Source of the DNA: Gammaproteobacteria bacterium Ga0077554
GTDB lineage: Bacteria; Pseudomonadota; Gammaproteobacteria; Ga0077554; Ga007554
Assembly (NCBI GenBank): GCA_001464585.1
Contig: LNFF01000040.1
Span: 7,267-71,266, forward strand
Direction of reading: 5' to 3'
DNA length: 64,000 nt
In this document: in pieces, positions 57,621 to 64,000 of the stretch
Layout: each line of letters opens with the position of its first letter
How positions within the stretch are numbered: position 1 is the stretch's first letter
Translations under genes and position numbers: made by a program
Notes under the pieces: generated by a model
Seen by the model: the letters and a program-made list of their open reading frames with translations, nothing else
What the model was told of the DNA's origin: nothing
Databases searched by the model: none

Positions 57621-58190
57621 TCAATGCGGCTCGGATTTATCGGGCAGTTTTTTCAACGGGGATGGATGCTCCCCCGCATGCGACAAATACAGCGCCAGAC
57701 CGATCAACGCAATACCCCCGGCGAGATACAGCAAATCAACCGGGCTTTCAAACTTCATGTCGATGGCGTGCTCAAAATACTTCACAATCAAAATCATCAG
57801 GATCACTTTGGCAAGACTCGCCTTCAGATCATCGAGACTGTGGATCAATAATACATTTGATTTTGTTTCCGAACTCTCGGCCTGATCAATGTTGCTGATA
57901 AACAGCTCGTACAAACCCAGCGCAAAAATCAACAATACCGTCGCCAGCAAATAGCCATCCACAATTTCCACCACATGGGTAATCATGGTGCCACGCAACT
58001 GACTGCGCGCTTCCCCCACCAGATCGGGCGAAGCATACTCACCCAGATGGATAACCATGAAATAGGCATCAATCGTAGCGATAAAAAACATGGCGAAACT
58101 TGCCACCAGGCTGGTAATCACCGCCGCCAGCACAATCAGGCGGCTGTTCCACAACGCCCCTTCAAAAGCACTTTCGAGTTTATTTTTCAT
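57621..58190 (-). CDS. yqhA: YqhA-family (UPF0114) membrane protein
   Basis: 189 aa with 4 TM helices, alignable to E. coli YqhA. Confidence 0.6.
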   Translation of the reverse strand: MKNKLESAFEGALWNSRLIVLAAVITSLVASFAMFFIATIDAYFMVIHLGEYASPDLVGEARSQLRGTMITHVVEIVDGYLLATVLLIFALGLYELFISNIDQAESSETKSNVLLIHSLDDLKASLAKVILMILIVKYFEHAIDMKFESPVDLLYLAGGIALIGLALYLSHAGEHPSPLKKLPDKSEPH

Positions 58191-59139
58191 GGCGCTGTGT
58201 CTGACTGCCAGGAATCATCAACACTTGTCCAGGATAAATAATATTGGCGTCCTTGATATGCCGCCGGTTGGCTTTATAAATTATCGGCCAGCGGTGGGGA
58301 TTAGCGTAAAACTCATGCCGCGCCGCAATCTTCCACAAACTATCGCCACGTTGCACCTTGTAATGCGCCGCGCCGATAGAATCAGGGGTAGACTCAGATG
58401 AAGTCACAACAGGAGGAACAGAAGGAGAAGGCACTACAACCACGGGCTGCGACCGCCGTTTCGCCTCACGCAACGCATCTACAAGATGCTGCGCCGCAGC
58501 ATAAGCGGCTTTCCCCTCTTCGCGCCGATGCGCCGCTTCAATGGCATCCATTTCTGCCTGTTGTGCGTGTTGTGGATTGCCCTTCACCTCCTTCCCTGGC
58601 CGCAGGCTACGCGCCTCATCCATCAAAGCATGGGCTTCGTCCAGTAAAATTCGCGTTCGATCCAGCAAGGCCTGATTAACATCGCGCTCGGCATGCTGCC
58701 TGGCTTCACGCGCTAACCACACTGCCGCCTCGTCATCATCAATCAACGCCGCTGCCTCAGCCTTCTGCAACAGATCCACCGCGCCACCTGACAACGCATC
58801 CATAGCGTCAGCCTCTTGCAACGCGGCTTTCGCCTCGCTAATCGCCAAGGCCATAGTGCGCGCCTTGGTCGCCTCTACCTTGGCGGCCAAGGCATCATGC
58901 TGCGCCTGCTCGAACGCACCTTCACTTAATTTTTCTTCGGCTTTGGATAACAGGCTTTGCGCATCCTGCAAGGTTTCCGGCGCGTGGCTGGCGGCATCTA
59001 CCTGATGTGCCGCATCCAGCGCCTGGCGGGCATCACTCATTTCCTGAGTGGGCGGCCCCGAAGTAGCACAGCCCTGCAACAACAGGCTTGCTGCCACACA
59101 CACACATCCCATCCACTGAAAAATCCATGGGCGGTTCAT
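58180..59139 (-). CDS. LysM-domain lipoprotein
   Basis: Lipobox 'LLLQGC'. Ala/Glu-rich coiled-coil middle region. C-terminal LysM ('HYKVQRGDSLWKIAA...YPGQVLMIP'). Confidence 0.7.
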   Translation of the reverse strand: MNRPWIFQWMGCVCVAASLLLQGCATSGPPTQEMSDARQALDAAHQVDAASHAPETLQDAQSLLSKAEEKLSEGAFEQAQHDALAAKVEATKARTMALAISEAKAALQEADAMDALSGGAVDLLQKAEAAALIDDDEAAVWLAREARQHAERDVNQALLDRTRILLDEAHALMDEARSLRPGKEVKGNPQHAQQAEMDAIEAAHRREEGKAAYAAAQHLVDALREAKRRSQPVVVVPSPSVPPVVTSSESTPDSIGAAHYKVQRGDSLWKIAARHEFYANPHRWPIIYKANRRHIKDANIIYPGQVLMIPGSQTQRHEK

Positions 59140-59338
59140 TGCGCAAACCAGGAAGTGACGTTATACAATGGGCGACAACCGTAGCGTATTTTCATTATCT
59201 TACAAATCATATCATTGAATTGCAAACTATCACACTGGCGATAGAGAGTTTTCCCAGCCCCCTGATTTTAGGATTATAATTTGGGGCATATTCCTCAACA
59301 CAGAAGATTGCTACCTGTATAACCAACCTGTAGCCTAA

Positions 59339-59938
<600 letters not shown>

Positions 59939-59955
59939 ACGGAGGATGATTATTT

Positions 59956-60011
59956 TGTCATTCCGAGCGTAGTGAGGAATCTTAAGATGTCTCACTGCGT
60001 TCGACATGACA
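59956..60011. repeat. MITE-like element, family B short form
   Basis: 'tgtcattccgagcgtagtgaggaatcttaagatgtctcactgcgttcgacatgaca'. Confidence 0.8.
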
Positions 60012-60038
60012 GGGTGTTGCACCTCGAATGGCGTAAAG

Positions 60039-60623
60039 CTACGCCGAGAATGGCATAACAACTTCTTCATACACCGCAGCCATTGGCACCGTCAATCCCA
60101 CTGACGCCAAATGCACGGATTCGTTGCCTGCATTATAAGTATCCACCCACCAGCCACCCGCCCCGCCGTCAGACTCACGGCGATATACCTCGACCTGCAT
60201 AGTCTCCTGGGCTACCAGCACATATTCCTTGAGGCTGTCCAGCGTCTGGTACGCCAGCAGCTTTTCACGCCGATCTATGCCTTCCGTGGTGGGGGATAGC
60301 ACTTCAATAACCAGGCAGGGGTGCGTCAGATAATGGGTTTGGGTATCGGCAGCATGACAGGTCACTGCAATATCCGGGTAGTAAAAGGCATTGGTTTTTT
60401 GTACGCGCACTTTGAGGTCAGACATGAATACCCTGCAAGGGCCACCACGTAAATGAGTGCGCAGGGCAAGAGCGATATTGATAGCGATGGTATTATGCGC
60501 CCGGCTGGTGCCCGTCATGGCGAACACACGACCGGCCACATATTCATGGCGCACCGGGCTATGCAATTCACCTTCAAGATATTCGTCTACGCTCAGCAGT
60601 AATAAACGGGTGCGCTGCGCCAT
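60039..60623 (-). CDS. Uma2-family (DUF820) putative restriction-endonuclease-like protein
   Basis: 194 aa, PD-(D/E)xK-like 'D...EVLS' core with the Uma2 pattern ('EYLVAQ..Y'). Confidence 0.55.
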   Translation of the reverse strand: MAQRTRLLLLSVDEYLEGELHSPVRHEYVAGRVFAMTGTSRAHNTIAINIALALRTHLRGGPCRVFMSDLKVRVQKTNAFYYPDIAVTCHAADTQTHYLTHPCLVIEVLSPTTEGIDRREKLLAYQTLDSLKEYVLVAQETMQVEVYRRESDGGAGGWWVDTYNAGNESVHLASVGLTVPMAAVYEEVVMPFSA

Positions 60624-60834
60624 GTTCAGGCCTCAATAAATAAATCGCACACTCGCAGGAACGGTGTGGTGTCACCCTACACCTGACCCAATCCTGTTAC
60701 TTAACCGTTCGTGGTGAGCCTGTCGAACCACCCGCCACACATCCAGCCCTTCGACAGGCTCAGGGCGAACGGGGTTGTATTAGCGCATTGGCACCTGGCC
60801 CCTATTTATCAGGCCAGGGTGCGCACGGCAGACC

Positions 60835-63144
60835 CTACGCCCGGATTTTGCGGCGGCGCAGCAGCAGTGCGCCGGGCGCGCCTAGCAACAGGAGATCAAG
60901 AAAACCAAAGGCACCGCCGCCACCGTCACTGGTGCCAAAGTTAGTACCGGGCGCAACCGCTGTCACCACGCATGCACCGCTTACGCAGCTATCTAGTGAA
61001 CCATTATTACCCGGCAAATAATCGCTGGGTGAAGTCACATCCGCCCTGGCGCGCATTTCTATAGTTCTATTGTTCAGAAGTGGGTCAGTGGGTGTCACAG
61101 TAATAAAAACCGTAAAACTTGCGCCCACTGCCAAATTAGGCGTGCTGCAATTAACCGGATTGGCGGTGGTAACGCACACCACCGACACCAGGTTAGTAGC
61201 ATCAGGAACTACCAAGGCAGAAGTCCCCAACGGTATCTGCGCCGTTAGCGTCACTCCTTGGGCAGCGCCGGGGCCTTTATTGGTCACCACCAATGTGTAT
61301 GTCACCGGGTTGTCCAGTGATACATTAGGCGTATTACCGGTCACGGCCACTTCTAAGTCCACCCTTCCCACTGCCTCAACACCATCCGTTTCCACTGCGC
61401 CGATGTCACACACGGTATTATTGCCCGGCCGACCATAGAGGCGTTGATCAAATTTATTGATACAGGTTCCCGCACCGATTGCCGCACTAGGCGCCTGCGG
61501 CACAAAAACAGCGGGATGGGCAGTAGCATTATCTGAAGTAACTAATAACAGGGTATCTGGTGAATTATTGCCATTTTCACCCAGCGTTCCCAAATTAGGA
61601 GAGGCGTTAATTATATCGGTCGCAGTCAAGCCACAGCTATTACCATTTTCCAGGTTATTACCCCCCGACATCATCTTGGCCGCAGCAGTAATAGCAGTAC
61701 CGACCTCATTATAGCCACTCATACAATTGAGCTGGCCAGACACTGGCGCAGTATTGCCTCCAATAATAGTATTATGAATGGCGTTATTCAATTTCGCTGC
61801 ATTTGCTGGATTAGGATCCACGCTCACAAACATTTCTTCGCCGCTGCCCTCCGCCGTATTTCCGCTAAGCGTGACATTGGTCAACGTCAAGGTGCGGCCA
61901 TTGAAAATTCCACCCCCCGCTCTGAAGGCGTTGTTCCCGGTGATCGTGCTATTGGTCACTGTGACATCACCAGGCGCACGGTTATAGATACCACCGCCGT
62001 CTGCACTGGCGCCATTACCATTTGCTTTATTTCCGCTGATGGTGCTGTAGATGATCTCCGCACCGCCCTGGTTGAGAATACCGCCGCCGGTATTGCTATC
62101 CACGACGCTGGAGATCACGCGCAAACTGCCGGTCACAGAGCTCTGGCCCGCCCCATCCAGATTAGACACACCACCGCCCTCAAGCGCCGTGTTGAGGCGA
62201 ACAATGGTACGCGTGAGCGTGACGGCGCCGCCATGATTACTGATACCGCCACCCGCGTTATTCCCGGCATTGGTGTTGCTGAGCACGATACTTTCATTAA
62301 TGGTGAGCTTGCCCGTACCAGTGGCCGCACCATTACTGTTTTGAATACCGCCACCGAAAGGACGCCCGCTATTGTTCTTAACTGTGGTTTTGTTAAGCGT
62401 CATAATGCCGCTATTGAAAATGCCGCCGCCGCCAATAAACGCGCCCACCGCATTAGCAGTAACATTCAATATTGAGTTATTACTGATGATGCAATTATTC
62501 ACCACCATTTGCGCGTTGCTGCCATTATAAAGCCCGCCGCCGCTATAACTGCCACTAATAGTAGCGTGGCCAATCGTGTTGTTGGTGATGGTGCAATTTC
62601 CCAGCGTCAACCAGCCGTTAGCATTATTAATCGCGCCACCGTCTGCCCGTACTACCCCATTCCGAATGGTCACATTGTTAATATTGACAGTATTCCTGCC
62701 CACAATATGGAAAACACGGTCAAGCCCGCCACCATCAATAATAGTGGCATTACCATTAATAGTAAGGCACGGAGTATTAATGCTGACACTGGGGCACGTG
62801 CCGCGAATATCCAGGTCACCTTGTGCGGCATTGTCTTCATTCGTGCCCGGAATACTCAGGGTGTACGTGGTGGCGAGCAAACCAATGACGATATTGGTAT
62901 CGCGGGTCGCATCAGTGCGATTCATCAAGTCGTTGGCCTGCTGAATGGCGGCGCGCAGGGTGCATGCACCCCCCGCACCCTGACCCTCACACAAGCCATC
63001 GGCAAGATTGGTGTCCGGGGCATCGATCTGAGAATTTACACTAAAGGTCACGGCCTGCGCCGGAGCAGTCAGCAATAACCCTGTGAACAATACCGGTAAC
63101 ATGAATGCGGTATGATAACCACGTAATAATTTGTAATTAAACAT
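60835..63144 (-). CDS. large secreted right-handed beta-helix repeat protein with a CSLREA-like N-terminal motif and a GlyGly-CTERM-like sorting tail
   Basis: Signal peptide. 'CTLRAAIQQAN' is CSLREA-like. More than 20 'N.TI..N.A..GGGI.N' parallel beta-helix repeats. The C-terminus 'GGGGAFGFLDLLLLGAPGALLLRRRKIRA' is Gly-run, then TM helix, then basic cluster. Confidence 0.65.
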   Translation of the reverse strand: MFNYKLLRGYHTAFMLPVLFTGLLLTAPAQAVTFSVNSQIDAPDTNLADGLCEGQGAGGACTLRAAIQQANDLMNRTDATRDTNIVIGLLATTYTLSIPGTNEDNAAQGDLDIRGTCPSVSINTPCLTINGNATIIDGGGLDRVFHIVGRNTVNINNVTIRNGVVRADGGAINNANGWLTLGNCTITNNTIGHATISGSYSGGGLYNGSNAQMVVNNCIISNNSILNVTANAVGAFIGGGGIFNSGIMTLNKTTVKNNSGRPFGGGIQNSNGAATGTGKLTINESIVLSNTNAGNNAGGGISNHGGAVTLTRTIVRLNTALEGGGVSNLDGAGQSSVTGSLRVISSVVDSNTGGGILNQGGAEIIYSTISGNKANGNGASADGGGIYNRAPGDVTVTNSTITGNNAFRAGGGIFNGRTLTLTNVTLSGNTAEGSGEEMFVSVDPNPANAAKLNNAIHNTIIGGNTAPVSGQLNCMSGYNEVGTAITAAAKMMSGGNNLENGNSCGLTATDIINASPNLGTLGENGNNSPDTLLLVTSDNATAHPAVFVPQAPSAAIGAGTCINKFDQRLYGRPGNNTVCDIGAVETDGVEAVGRVDLEVAVTGNTPNVSLDNPVTYTLVVTNKGPGAAQGVTLTAQIPLGTSALVVPDATNLVSVVCVTTANPVNCSTPNLAVGASFTVFITVTPTDPLLNNRTIEMRARADVTSPSDYLPGNNGSLDSCVSGACVVTAVAPGTNFGTSDGGGGAFGFLDLLLLGAPGALLLRRRKIRA

Positions 63145-63228
63145 TGCTTGCTCTCCTCACGACGGACGTGCTTATGCAGGCCGCATTACCCGATATCCCT
63201 GTCAGGACGGTGTTTTTATGGATATTTC

Positions 63229-63380
63229 TGTCATGCCGAATGTAGTGAGGGATCTTAAAAGATCTCTCAAAGATCTCTCACATTCGTTCGAGACTCGAGA
63301 CAAGGATTTCTCACTACGTTCGAAATGACAACGCCTGGCTACGCTCGAAATGACAATGCGTCACTTTGTTCGTAACAACA
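63229..63380. repeat. cluster of MITE-like modules (families A and B)
   Basis: 'tgtcatgccgaatgtagtgagggatcttaaaagatctctcaaagatctctcacattcgttcgagactcgagacaaggatttctcactacgttcgaaatgaca..cgctcgaaatgaca'. Confidence 0.8.
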
Positions 63381-63628
63381 ACGCGCAAGCACTTTCCTGA
63401 CGGTCAAGGTGCTTGATTAAAGCGCCGAATACGCTAATCATCCCTTATAATCGGGGGTGATTGCAAGTCATCCAATACAGATAGGCCTAATGATAAACCC
63501 AGCATAGATTCAGTTGTGTGACAGCAAGACGGTGCTAACAGGGTTTTTAAATGTGGCCTATATATTAGTAGCGGCTGCAATTGTACAAAACTTGATCTTT
63601 TTAGCGCCTTTATATATCGATAAAACCA

Positions 63629-64000
63629 TTGAAAAATCAAATAAATATATTATTTCATGGGCTGCTGGGTAGCCTGCGTGACCTGGCGCCAGTGATTCTG
63701 GTGATTGCCTTTTTTCAGTTGGCGGTGGTGCAGCAGCCGATTCCCGATCTGGGCGGGCTGCTGGCCGGGACGGCGCTGGTGGTGGTGGGACTAACGTTAT
63801 TTGTGCGTGGGTTGGAAATGGGGCTGTTTCCGATCGGTGAGGCGATGGCCTATGCTTTTGCGCGCAAGGGTAGCCTGATGTGGCTACTGGTATTTGCCTT
63901 TGCGCTGGGTTTTGGCACGACGGTGGCGGAACCGGCGCTGATTGCGGTGGCGAACGAGGCGGCCCGGGTGGCGTCAGACAGCAGGCTGATTGCGGCGGGC
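63629..64000 (+). CDS. DUF1538-family membrane protein (N-terminal part; continues past the window end). The start is a tentative TTG at 63629
   Basis: The translation '...[59 protein letters not shown]...' matches the DUF1538 N-terminal pattern. Confidence 0.45.
   Translation, partial: MKNQINILFHGLLGSLRDLAPVILVIAFFQLAVVQQPIPDLGGLLAGTALVVVGLTLFVRGLEMGLFPIGEAMAYAFARKGSLMWLLVFAFALGFGTTVAEPALIAVANEAARVASDSRLIAAG

Noticed and set aside
61070-63078. Several plus-strand ORFs (e.g. 61774..62475, 62509..63078) opposite the beta-helix gene
   Set aside because: Mirror-image artefacts of the Gly/Asn/Thr-rich repetitive coding sequence on the minus strand.

Overview
This 64-kb window looks like a gammaproteobacterial chromosomal segment with a baseline GC of roughly 55% (judged by eye). 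It is unusually rich in small nested-palindromic MITE/REP-like elements: about 15 copies from at least three families, including apparent in-frame insertions into coding sequence. The gene content is listed 5' to 3'. Strand is indicated only where it matters below; all coordinates and strands are in the feature list.
- A partial AsmA-family gene.
- A tightly overlapped minus-strand operon encoding a CcoO/NorC-like monoheme cytochrome c, a 175-aa protein resembling only the C-terminal helices of heme-copper oxidase subunit I, a membrane-anchored CxxC thioredoxin-fold protein, and a 2-TM protein.
- A dihaem cytochrome c4 preceded by a possible 30-aa membrane peptide.
- A GT-C-like membrane glycosyltransferase candidate with C-terminal tandem repeats.
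- psiE, mutM, a gldA/F/G-like ABC-2 exporter trio, and an MscS-family channel.
- A GC-rich (roughly 65% by eye) island of about 8.7 kb encoding three glycosyltransferases, a WaaP/APH-like kinase, an MsbA-like ABC exporter and an outer-membrane beta-barrel. It is bounded by direct repeats that duplicate the promoter and 5' end of the downstream DASS transporter gene.
- The DASS transporter and a glycerate kinase.
- A DUF1611 protein and a secreted beta-solenoid repeat protein.
- A FixL/FixJ-like two-component system.
- An alpha/beta hydrolase carrying an in-frame palindromic insertion, and an ABC exporter.
- A complete urea ABC transporter operon (urtABCDE) and urease operon (ureDABCEFG), with a secreted phytase-like beta-propeller protein between them.
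- vanZ and fkpA.
- sdhCDAB-sdhE-ygfX with divergent ygfZ.
- HDOD, Mth938-like and aspartase/fumarase-family genes.
- yqhA, a LysM lipoprotein, wrbA and a Uma2 endonuclease.
- A 769-aa beta-helix protein with a GlyGly-CTERM-like tail.
- A partial DUF1538 gene.
No rRNA, tRNA or CRISPR arrays were seen. The most interesting candidates are the truncated heme-copper-oxidase-like cytochrome module and the repeat-bounded glycosylation/export island.
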